Assembly (NCBI GenBank): GCA_951406725.2 | Contig: OX597819.1 | Coordinates: forward strand, 58,156,001 to 58,220,000 | Reading direction: 5' to 3' | Length of the DNA: 64,000 nt | From: Octopus vulgaris | Taxonomy: Eukaryota | Part shown: piece after piece, positions 14,681 through 25,862 of the stretch | Numbering within the stretch: position 1 is the first letter of the stretch | How the letters are laid out: every line of letters begins with the position of its first letter | Made by a program: the position numbers and the translations under genes | The notes under the pieces: generated by a model | The model's database searches: none | Told to the model about the DNA's origin: nothing | The model's input: the letters and a program-made list of their open reading frames with translations, nothing else

Positions 14681-15413
14681 ATATAATGGTTGTATACTGT
14701 CAATCTAACAAAAACGTGACAGTAGGGGGTACACCACCGCTGTATAGCCCTAGGAAGCATCGAACGCTTCCTGATAGCTTTGACACATTTTTTCACAGGG
14801 AAAAAATGTGTCAAAGCTATCAGGAAGCGTTCGATGCTTCCTAGGGCTATACAGCGGTGGTGTACCCCCTACTGTCACGTTGGGAAAAATGTGTCAAAGC
14901 TATCAGGAGGCGTTCGATGCTTCCTAGGGCTATACAGCGGTGGGGTACCCCCTACAGTCACGTTCTTGTTAGATTGACAGTATACAACCATTCTATCGCC
15001 CCACCACCGTACATGTCTCTACGAGAGATTTAGAAATTCAATATTTCTTATTTTGATAATCAGTGAATAAACTTCACTGAATATAGATATATAGAATTAC
15101 GAAGTCGAGGCAAATATCACCAGCTGACCAGTGTCTGCTACTCTAGGCCGATGAAGGACAACGATCCTGAAACACGGTGTCCCTAGATGCAGTTCCGGCA
15201 GCCGGGGGTGTTTGTCTCCCCTTCGTATATGTATATAAGGACACAGGGAAAAAATGTGTCAAAGCTATCAGGAGGCGTTCGATGCTTCCTAGAGCTATAC
15301 AGCGGTGGTGTACCCCCTACTGTCACGTTCTTGTTAGATTGACAGTATACAACCATTCTATCGCCCCACCACCGTACATGTCTCTACGAGAGATTTAGAA
15401 ATTCAATATTTCT
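14681..15413 (+). mobile_element. Hammerhead-containing 365-bp partial tandem repeat with a 5' inverted copy (retrozyme / non-autonomous PLE-like)
   Basis: 14882-15048 repeats at 15246-15413; extra partial copy 14794-14881; inverted copy 14681-14794; TA-rich flanks. Confidence 0.75.
15142..15187 (+). ncRNA. Type I hammerhead ribozyme (minimal; U4C core variant)
   Basis: Stem I tctagg/cctaga; core CCGATGA; stem II agga-caacga-tcct; GAAA; stem III cac-g-gtg; GTC cleavage triplet (cut after 15181). Confidence 0.8.
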
Positions 15414-15550
15414 GATTATATATATATATATACGTAAATGTATGTGTATAGCGAATATACCTGTGAACTATTAAAAACACACGCACTATATATTTGGTGT
15501 TATTTTGCTTCAGCGTTATTTATTTTTTACATTAATCTTAAACTTATTTC

Positions 15551-15595
15551 GGCCAGAGTTCTTTCGTCACACTCCTGTGACCGCATCAGTGGTCC
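15551..15595 (-). ncRNA. Hammerhead-like motif in the inverted pseudo-LTR (copy of 18727-18771)
   Basis: Exact reverse complement of the motif at 18727-18771. Confidence 0.6.
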
Positions 15596-15925
15596 TTTGT
15601 TTTCTTCTTTCTTATTTGTGTCTCTCCTTACTAACCGTCAGCCATTTTGTATTTCTATTGTATGTCTTCATTTGCGCATGCTTATATCTCTATGTGCGTC
15701 TATGCTTATTTAGTGTGTGTATGTCGGGGGATGCCTGTAATATTTGTATCTTCCGTTTATATACGTTCATGTAATTTGTATTTTGATTTTGTTGTTGTTG
15801 TTTTTGTTTATTCTTATTTTGTTCATGTGTTTACATCCTCTTATTATTATCATTACATATGCTTGTATGTATGTATGTATAACAACAATACTAGTAATAA
15901 TAATAATAAATCGAATCGAAAAAAG

Positions 15926-18308
15926 GCTGATGATTGAAACAGTAATGATAATGAAGATAACCCTAGAAAGACCATTGACATTTATACCCACCCCTTTGAC
16001 ACTCAATTCTTCAACGTATATGACAAATCTTACTGCATGAGCCGGATTTATCCAACAACATTACCCTTCAACAAAAGAGTCTACATACCAAGACATACTA
16101 ATGACCATATGGAAGCACAGTTCACTATAGCTAGGACCAAACTTAGACAGATTTTAGGATTATACACTAAGAGACAGAGACAGAATAAGACAGAGGCCCA
16201 ACAACTCGGGATTAAACCTGCATGTAGCCTACATAAGCTCATTCAGCGCACGAGGAACGGAGAGGTGGTATGCCTTCCCACAGATAAGTCCGGCAGGATG
16301 TCAATAGACAGCTTACCGAACATCCAGGCAATGCAACCTCATATCGCCAATACAAAAATAACAACTTTACAGGCGCATGAGGAGAGAGAAAAGGTCCTCA
16401 ACGCCCACATGATGATGTGGACAATTGTTCTGGGACCCCAGAAACGTACAGCAAATAATTTCCAAGCCTGGAACAATAATATCCCGACACTTATGGACTT
16501 CGCAAGGACCATAAAATAACTACTGACCCTGTAGCAGGACCACCAACAAGACCAGTCTGTGGAGTGAATATCGCTAGCAATTACAGAATCTCCTACTTCC
16601 TCTCAATGATCATACGCCTTATAATCCGGATGTCACCTTATGTTTGTGACAGCACAGAAGATCTCCTCAGAAGGATCGATGACTAACAACACTTGTGACC
16701 TGACAGGATGTATGGTGGGTAGCATGGATGTGGTATCCCTATACCCATCGATCGACGTAGATTTTGCGGTGGAGAAGTGCGTGGAGATGATCAACGAGAG
16801 CCAGGTGGAGTTCCGTAATGTCAATACAGAGGAACTGGGCCTCCTACTTAGACTGACATGTAATAATGAATACTTAGATAAACATAATCTCAGTAGTTTC
16901 TGCCCCAGTAGATGTTTAAGAGGTAGACCACCCACAATTACTTCTATGGCTAGGAAGACACATATAGAAAGATGGCGCGGATGGACCAGAGCCATACGGA
17001 GCCCCGCAAATGTCCATCAGGTAAAGAAAATGATCGCACATGCACTAGGAGCTAGTATAAGAGTTACCCTAAAAGGCCACACGTTTAAGTTTAATAATAA
17101 AATATATGCCCAGGACGAGGGGGCAGCCATCGGCGTTAGTATCGCTGGTGATGTGGCCAACCTTTTCATGGTATGGTGGGACAGAAGGCTTAAAGAACGC
17201 CTAACACAGAACTCCATACTCGTAAACATGTACTCTCGCTATGTTGATGATATCAACATAGTGGTAAAGGCACCCCCACAAGAGAGTAATGTTGATATAG
17301 TAATAGAAACTAATACTATGGAGATCATCCAGCAAATAGCTAACTCCATCCACCAGAGTATTAAGGTCACAATAGACTACCCCACTAAACACCCCAACCA
17401 TAGACTACCAGTACTAGACACTGAACTCTGGCTAGAAATTGTGAATAATAAAACCCAAATCCTTCATTCATACTATGCCAAACCTACGGCCTCAAAATAC
17501 TTGATCCACCGGAACTCAGCTATTGCGGACAATGTCAAATTCAATATTTTGATGGCAGACCTCGTCAGAATAAGGAGAAATGTGTCACGCATGTGCGAGC
17601 CCACAGAGTTAAAGAGACACATACAATATTTCATTCACCGCATGCAGTTCTCAGGTTACAGCCATAAAGAAAGGATCAGAGTATACAAAGGAGCCATGAA
17701 GAAATTTGATAATATATTATGTAATTATAGGAATGGGATTTGCCCACTCTATAGGAACAAGTCATGGAACACTATAGAAAGGACAAAAAAGAAAATAGGT
17801 GAACTGGCGTACCGCTTTAGAAGAACCCTAGACAAACTTAAGCTAAGAATTAAGGTTGTTGAAAAGCCAGGCAACCCTATCAAATCTATAATTGGTAGAA
17901 CCTATCCTTTTAGTAGAACACCCTGTACGGATTAAGTACTGTACTGTATGTAGATTTAGCCCACAAATAAACTGTAAAGCCAGAAATGTAGTCTATAGTA
18001 TAAGATGTATAGAGGGACGATGCAGTAACAAGACAGCGACATACGTAGGGGAAACGGCAAGAAGCATAGGAGAGCGGGTAAATGAAAATTGGAGACAACT
18101 CAAAGAAGGTAAAAACTCATCGATTCTGTACCAACACGCCGAACAGGAACACGGGGGATCAATCAACAATATAGAAATTAAAATATTGTCCACACATAGA
18201 ACAGATGCAACAATCAGACAAATTACAAAAGCTACACACATAATAGAAAATAAACCTAGCCTGAATAGAAAACTAGAATGGAGCACTAGCACACACCACA
18301 ACATATGA
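15926..18308 (+). pseudogene. PLE polyprotein (RT + C-terminal GIY-YIG endonuclease), frameshifted
   Basis: TDKSG, YGLRKDHK..RPV, SMDVVSLYPSI, QDEGAAIG..IAGDVANLFM, RYVDD, LPVLD, YYAKPT; then a Cys-rich linker, VVYSIRC..C..YVGETARSIGER, YQHAEQEH, PSLN; frameshifts near 16490, 16680, 17930. Confidence 0.93.
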
Positions 18309-18726
18309 CGATAGAGGATCCCGAAAACATAATAAATACACAGATAAATAAACAAATAGAAATAAATAACTATATATATTTTTTTTTCTTTTTTCGATTC
18401 GATTTATTATTATTATTACTAGTATTGCTGTTATACATACATACATACATACATACAAGCATATGTAATGATAATAATAAGAGGATGTAAACACATGAAC
18501 AAAATAAGAATAAACAAAAACAACAACAACAAAAACAAAATACAAATTACAGGAACGTATATAAATAGAAGATACAAATATTACAGGCATCCCCCTCACA
18601 TACACACACTAAATAAGCATAGACGCACATAGAAATATAAGCATGCGCAAATGAAGACATACAATAGAAATACAAAATGGCTGACGGTTAGTAAGGAGAG
18701 ACACAAATAAGAAAGAAGAAAACAAA

Positions 18727-18771
18727 GGACCACTGATGCGGTCACAGGAGTGTGACGAAAGAACTCTGGCC
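18727..18771 (+). ncRNA. Minimal type I hammerhead-like motif in the PLE pseudo-LTR (variant core)
   Basis: ggacca-CTGATGC-G-gtcac-aggagt-gtgac-GAAA-gaac-TC-tggcc; A9C change and a near-palindromic stem III. Confidence 0.65.
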
Positions 18772-18947
18772 GAAATAAGTTTAAGATTAATGTAAAAAAT
18801 AAATAACACTGAAGCAAAATAACACCAAATATATAGTGCGTGTGTTTTTATTGGCTAAACTGGCAAAATGACCATTCCGAAATATAACAATATCTGTTTC
18901 AACACACGACTTCACATAAAAAAATCTTGCACAACAAATATTTAAAC

Positions 18948-19016
<69 letters not shown>

Positions 19017-19056
19017 ATATGTATATGTATATATGTATGTATGTTTGTATGTATGT

Positions 19057-19151
<95 letters not shown>

Positions 19152-19780
19152 TAGATAAAACTTACTTGGAAGTGGACGCGTGGCCTTCCATCATATAATA
19201 ACAAAATAATAAATAAAACATACGCATATATACATACATATATGTACGTACCTACATCTATATGTGTATATACATGTATATATGGGTACAGGACACCAAG
19301 ACAAACGTCGAACACAATGAGAAACGAAAACATAAAAACAGAACCATGGAAACGAACATTTTTTTAAACAACGAAAAAACAGGGTACAAGACATACAACA
19401 CAAGGAAAATTCCCCTTCTTCAGCCGCCTCCGTTTCGTCTACTCTTTGTTTCGAAAACACGGTGTAGACGAAACGGAGGCGGCTGAAGAAGTAGTGGTGG
19501 AGGTGATGAAGAGGTGGTGGAGCTGATGGTTGTTATTGTGGTGGTGATTGTGATGGTAAGGAGGGTCCACCCGAGCAAAACAGGAATCAAAGGGGTCCTT
19601 AGGGGAAAAGATGGTGAGAAACACTGTTCCTAATGAATGCATTGCTTTCATTTTGATAAGGCCCAAGTTACTCTATTGGTTAAAAAAAAAAGTGTGAATG
19701 TATATCTGAACCTGTATATGATGCGTGGACATCAAGGAAATGGAAATATATCTTGTATATTACATTTATAGACAGGGCAG

Positions 19781-19965
19781 GTGTGGAGGCGCAATGGCTT
19801 AGTTGATCGCGGTTTCGATTCCTAGACCGGGCATTGTGAGTGTTTATTGAGCAAAAACACCTAAAGCTCCATGAGACTCCGGCAGGGGGGGAGTGAACCC
19901 TGCTGTAATCTTTCACCACAACTTTCTCTCACTCTTTCTTCCTGTTTCTGTTGTACCTGCATTCT
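19781..19965 (+). mobile_element. tRNA-derived SINE family B1 (internally deleted)
   Basis: gtggaggcgcaatggc...ggtttcgattcc; same family as 35961 and 51529; an inverted partial copy follows at about 19985-20083. Confidence 0.8.
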
Positions 19966-20544
19966 GTTGTACCTTTAGGTGATTTCGCTCAATAAACACT
20001 CACAACGCCCGGTCTGGGAATCGAAACCGCGACCCTACGACTGCGAGTCCTCTGCCCTAACCACTGGACCATTACACCCCCACTTTACAAAGAGCAAACT
20101 TATAGCTGTTCGCGTATTTTCCTGGCATTTTCCTATAACCGGTCTATTTGCCTTACGATATGAACAGATCACTTTACACGGTGGAGGTAGGCATCAGAGA
20201 TACTACGAAGCTTCTGAATATTTTTGTTTCAAATTCAATTGATCTAGATCTTTCTGCCAACTTTGAACTCCATACAGTCAAAACCAGCTGATTCATCTAG
20301 TCTTTTAACTCAAAGACAATAGATACATTCCAAATGTTATTCCTTGAACTTTTATGGTTGCTGGTAAACCAAACAAAGACGTCGAAGAAGGAAAAGAGGT
20401 ATATTTTGCTCCTGCTTTTCTTTTTTGTTTTGATTTTCTTCTTTCTATTGTTTATGTGTATAGCCTTAGAGGCATGTTTATAGGTGCTTGTATATCTTTT
20501 CTGTTTGCATACATACAAATATTCTTACATTAGCCAACACAACG

Positions 20545-20592
<48 letters not shown>

Positions 20593-20751
20593 TATATGTT
20601 CGTGTGTGTTTGTACAGCTTACAGTATAATATATGTATACATATATGTGTATGTGTGTATATATACGATTAGCAAATATGTATGTATGCGCGCGTATGTG
20701 TTTACATGTATGTATATACGGATATATATATACGTATATACACACACACTA

Positions 20752-20801
<50 letters not shown>

Positions 20802-21082
20802 GACTTACAGATATACGTATGTGTAAAGACTGATAGATAGAGGCGTATAGAGTGCATATATATATATATATATATATATCCCCACTAAGGGATAACATCT
20901 GTCCAATATACTGTTGGTAGAATACCCAATTATTAATACACAAGAGTTTTTTATTGCATTGCAATTACATTACCTAGTGTATTAAATGGGTGAAGGTAAA
21001 GAGATATTTTACCATTAATTTAACATTCTTAATGTCCTAAAGTTGATGAACCAACTATTATTTTCCTCCATTTTCTTATTTG

Positions 21083-21122
<40 letters not shown>

Positions 21123-21186
21123 CGTACATATATATATGTGTATATAGAGAGAGACAGAGGGAAAGAGAGATTAACCAAAATGAATG

Positions 21187-21729
21187 AACAAGCAAGACAT
21201 GTAATATGACTTTAGAGCATATGATTTATAATTCAAGCATAATTGCAGAATTGTTTGAGTTAAAAAGGGATTATGAAGTTATTTCTAAAATAGCTGTGCA
21301 TATGGCGCATATGGCGCATATTTCATTGGGCAAAGATTACCATATAAAAGTCAACTATTTTATCTTCAGATAGGAAGGATTAAGAAATAACCTTAATGAA
21401 GGATATTAGTAATTACCGATTCCATCATCGAAGAATTAAGGAATATTTTTTTTTTTTTACTAAAGATATTCCTTTATTCTTCAACGTTGGAACTATTAAC
21501 TACTAATATCCTTTATAAAAGCTATTCCTTAATCCTTCCTTTCTGGAGACGGAAAAGTTGGCTTTTAAATGGCAATATTTGCTGTATGAGATATGTACTG
21601 TATGCACAGCTATTCTAGAAACAGATGCATAACAAATTTATGCAAAACTTCTTGATCCCTTATTTACCCTAACAAATCTGAAATTATAAATTACATGCCT
21701 TAAAACGATACCTCATATTTTGCATGTTT
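21187..21729. mobile_element. Fold-back (long palindromic) MITE-like element
   Basis: Concentric inverted matches: gaagaattaaggaatat/atattcctttattcttc, aaggatattagta/tactaatatcctt, ggaaggattaag/cttaatccttcc, atagctgtgcata/tatgcacagctat. Confidence 0.75.
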
Positions 21730-21931
21730 ATCCTTTCTTTCTAATATACATATATATATATATATATACCCGCTTAATAAGGAACCACTTATAGCCATTC
21801 ATTGCTAGTCAGCTACAACGCTATTTTTGTTTTGCTTTAGTCACAGTTCAGGTCGGAGTTTTAGTGGTAAATCCGCCTGAGCACTTATTGTACATAGCTA
21901 ATATGCATACATCGTATGCTTTCATGTATGT

Positions 21932-22570
21932 AGGCGCAGGTGTGGCTGTGTATGTAGTAAAGAGCTTGCTTCTCAACTATATGGTTCCGGGTTCAGTCTC
22001 ACTACGTGACACCTTGATCAAGTGTCTTCTACTATAGCCTCGCGCCGTCCAAAGCCTTGTGAGTGGATTTGGTAGACGGAAATTGAAAGAAGGCGGTGAG
22101 CTGGTAGAAACGTTAGCACGCCGGGTGAAATGCTTAGCGGTATTTCGTCTGTCTTTACGTTGAGTTCAAACTCCGCCGAGGTCGACTTTGCCTTTCATCC
22201 TTTGGTGGTCGATAAATTAAGTACCAGTTACACACTGGGGTCCATGTAATCTGTCCTTGTTTGTCCCCTCTATGTTTAGCCCCTTGTGGGCGATAAAGAA
22301 ATAGGAAACTGAAAGAAGCCTGTCATATATATAATATATATATATGTATGTATGTATGTATTTGTATATCTGTGTCTGTGTTTGTCCCTCCATCATCACT
22401 TGACAACAATCTTGGTGTCTTTACGTCCTTGTAACCTAGCGGTTCGGCAAAGGAGGCTGATAGAATAAGTATCAGGCTTATAAAGAGTAAGTCCGGGGGT
22501 CGATTTCTTTGACTAATAAGCGGAGCTCCAGCATGACCGCAGTCAAAATGCCTGAAACAAATCAAAGAGT
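21932..22570 (+). mobile_element. SINE family A with a family C SINE nested inside
   Basis: Family A sequence breaks at 22091 and resumes at 22304. Confidence 0.85.
22092..22303 (+). mobile_element. SINE family C with 14-bp TSD
   Basis: TSD ggaaa(t/c)tgaaagaa at 22078-22091 and 22304-22317. Confidence 0.85.
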
Positions 22571-22875
22571 ATCCGTACAAGCATACATATAAGAAAGTAT
22601 ACAACCAAGTGTGCGTGCAACATATACACAGTGTCTTTGTCTGCTGAATTTAATTTCGGGCATTAATCAACTCGAAGATCTGATGGAAAACACTTGCTTA
22701 ATGCGCAACACCGTGAGACCGAATTTTTGTATCAGGCTCCAAAATTTTTATTCGAGAGAAGAGACATTTTACAATAAATATTTATATTTATATGAAAAGA
22801 ACGGTATTAATTCATTCGAATGAAATATATAGTTTTAGAAAATATAAACTTGCTCTCGGTAAGGTATTATTTTGT

Positions 22876-23260
22876 TCTACTCTAGGCACAATGCCCAAAA
22901 TTTTTTTTTGGGGGGGGGGTAGTCGATTAGATCAACCCCAGTACGCAACTGGTACTTAATTTATCGACCCCGAAAGGATGAAAGGTAAAGTCGACTTCAG
23001 CGGAATTTGAACTCAGAACGTAAAAGCAGACGAAATACCTATTTCTTTACTACTCACAAGGGGCTAAACACAGAGAGAACAAACAAGGACAGACACACGG
23101 GTTAAGTCGATTATATCGACCCCACTGCGTAACTGGTACTTAATTTATCGACCCTGAAAGGATGAAAGGCAAAGTCGACCTCGGCGGAATTTGAACTCAG
23201 AACGTAGCGGCAGACGAAATACCACTTAGCATTTCGCCCGGCGTGCCAGCTCGCCACCTT
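22876..23260 (-). mobile_element. Dimeric SINE family C
   Basis: Two tandem B-box/core modules; degenerate TSD ending aaggtattatt; same layout as 55737-56135. Confidence 0.85.
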
Positions 23261-23601
23261 TCTGAGCAAGGTATTATTAATACGATACGTGGTGAGAAGT
23301 ACGAGCATATGATACTTGTAAAATATTACTTCGAAAAATTGAATAAGTTGTTTCCGTTAGTTATGTTCCTATTGGTATTTACGAAGAGCTATAATTGAAG
23401 AAAATTAATATTGAATCTGAATAATGAAAAAACCTCGTACGCTAATAAGGATTATAATTAGGATTATAAGGAAACGGTATTAAATAAGTTTTTGGTTGTT
23501 TGTGTTATGTTTTTTGCTTATTTGATTGTTTTTCATGTAGCTTTATATGCTAGCGAAATTCCCACGGATTTTGCTAGTTGTTACTGTGGCTATGATAATA
23601 A

Positions 23602-23642
<41 letters not shown>

Positions 23643-25046
23643 GCTTTTTTTTCTTCTTTCAAATTTTCTTCCATTTCTTGCCGAGTGTCTTCCCGACTCC
23701 TAGGGCAAAGAAACTCATAGTGTATATTGGTAGGCCATTAAACCAAACTCAGTAGTTCGTTCATTTTTTTTTTTTTTTTTTTAAAGTTAAATTAAAATAC
23801 ATGAGCAGCAACAGTTCTCACATCGACAATGCTCTTCTCAATACGTGTGATGTACCAGTTAAGACAATCTTTTGCACTTCTTGCAAGGATGGTAAGCCAG
23901 GGATCATTCTCATATAATTTTCGGTTCCCTTCTTGATCATTCCTAGTGCTCCTACGATCACTGGTATTGTAACCGCCTTGAGATGCCACATTTTCTCAAT
24001 TTCAATGAGTAGGTCTTTATATTTTCTGAGCTTGTCAAACTCTTTCGCTGAGATATTATGATCACAGGGGATGCTCATGTCGATCAATAAGCAAACTTTA
24101 TTGTTTTGGTCTTTCACAACAATATCTGGTTTATTGGCCTTGATGGTTCGGTCTGTATGTACTGGAAAGTCCCACAGAATGGTTACATTTTCTCCTTCAG
24201 TTACAGCCTCAGGGTGGTGATTATACCACTTGTCGGCAGTTTTGATATTGTAATGCCGACTTATTAGCCAGTGGAGATATTGGCCAACTCTGTCATGTCT
24301 TAATTTATACTCCACTGGTGCTAAGACTTTACATCCAGAGATTAGGTGGTCCACTGTTTCAATCATGTCGTTGCAGAATCGGCATTTTGGGTCTGCTCCA
24401 TTTTTCATCACATTGGCCTGGTAGTTCCGGGTTAATAGGCTTTGGTCTTGAGCAGCCAGGATGAAACCTTCGCTCTCTGCTTTTAGCCCTGAGCTCCGCA
24501 GCCACTGATGGGTTTGCTTCTGGTCAACATCAGCTTGTTTGCTGCGGGTCACATATTTGCCGTGCAGAGGTTTCTCCTCCCACCTATCAGCCAATTGCTC
24601 GTGCGCTTTTTTCATTGCCATCATTTTCACCTTCTTTGCAACAATAGTTGCCGTACTTCCCTCGGGTTGTTCAGTTTGGGTATCCTGCACGAGATCAATA
24701 GCAAATTTTTTGCTTTCCTTGATGATAGAATGAAGCTTCTTTCGTCTCTCGTGATTTTCCACGAGCTTTAGCATCCAGTCATTCGATATTTCGAGATATT
24801 TGGCCAGTCCAATTGTGGTTGTTTTGTAAGCTAGTTCAAATTGGATCAGGCCTCGACCTCCTTGGGCTCTGGGAAGGTAAAGGCGATCTACGTCTGCCTT
24901 TGGGTGGTGCATCCTATTACAACTCAGCAGCTTGCGTATTTTTCTATCTATATTCTTTACTTCACTCATATTCCAGTTCAACACATTGTAGCTATAAGTA
25001 ACAACTGGAACTGCTAAGGAATTTATAGCTAACACCTTGTTACGTG

Positions 25047-25048
<2 letters not shown>
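23643..25048 (-). mobile_element. 5'-truncated Dong/R4-type RLE LINE (family A) in (TAA)n; open 405-aa C-terminal ORF
   Basis: RLYLPRAQGGRGL, LHGKY, CRFC..ETVDHLISGC (CCHC), RHD, KPDIVVKD..LIDMSIP..KLRKY; TTA tracts on both sides. Confidence 0.92.
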
Positions 25049-25115
<67 letters not shown>

Positions 25116-25187
25116 GGCGTCAAATCTTAAAAACAACAACAATATTATTATCATCATCATCATTTTTATTATTAATATTATTATTAT

Positions 25188-25846
25188 TCAGTAGTATATT
25201 TTTTATATCGTGCTTTCACTTCACTACCGAGCACAGCTCTGTGTGCCTTGGGTATGTGCTGTGATTTGTTGTGATGCTCTGATGGTTATAGAATGGAAAG
25301 TGTTCTGCGTAGGATGTGTGCAGTGCCTAGTAGTGCAATTTTCTGTATGTTGTATGCGTTTGTAAGTCCTGGTATTTTTGTTATGTATTTGTCTGAATAT
25401 TTTTTTATCATGCCTAATGCACCTACTATGATAGGAATTGTTTCTGTTTTTAGATTCCACATTTTGGTTACCTCTATTTCCAGGTCTTTGTATTTTGAAA
25501 GTTTCTCCATTTCTTTTAGAGACACGTTGTCATCCGCTGGTATTGATACATCAATTAGAAAACATTTTTTTCTTCATGATCTCTGACAACTATATCTGGT
25601 CTGTTGGCCTTAATTTCTCTGTCTATGAGTATTGGCATATCCCAGAGTATGGTTGCTTTCTCGTTTTCTGTGACCTTTTCTGGTGTGTGCCTATACCATC
25701 TCTTTTCTGTTGTTATTCCATAATGTTGGGCATAGTTTCCAGTGTATATAGGTCCCAACTCTGGCGTGTCTGTGAATATATTCCTTCTTAGCCAGGACTG
25801 GGCAGCCAGAGATAATATGATTTATTGTTTCTTGTCCATCTCCACA
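25188..25846 (-). mobile_element. 5'-truncated Dong/R4-type LINE (family B)
   Basis: NHIISGCP, ILWDMP, RPDIVVRD, KLSKYKDL, IVGALG; frameshifted; TTA flanks. Confidence 0.9.
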
Positions 25847-25862
25847 TTATTATTATTATTAT

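Larger units (their letters stand above)
15472..18850 (+). mobile_element. Penelope-like retroelement (5'-truncated) bounded by about 460-bp inverted pseudo-LTRs
   Basis: 15472-15925 is the reverse complement of 18388-18850; RT and GIY-YIG coding sequence lies between. Confidence 0.93.

Noticed and set aside
14794-15413. Repeats considered as a CRISPR array
   Set aside because: Long units, no unique equal-length spacers, eukaryotic context, no cas genes
15926-18308. Selenocysteine recoding of the PLE (as described for Naiad PLEs)
   Set aside because: Disruptions are frameshifts rather than conserved in-frame TGA at Cys positions; the endonuclease is C-terminal; no SECIS identified
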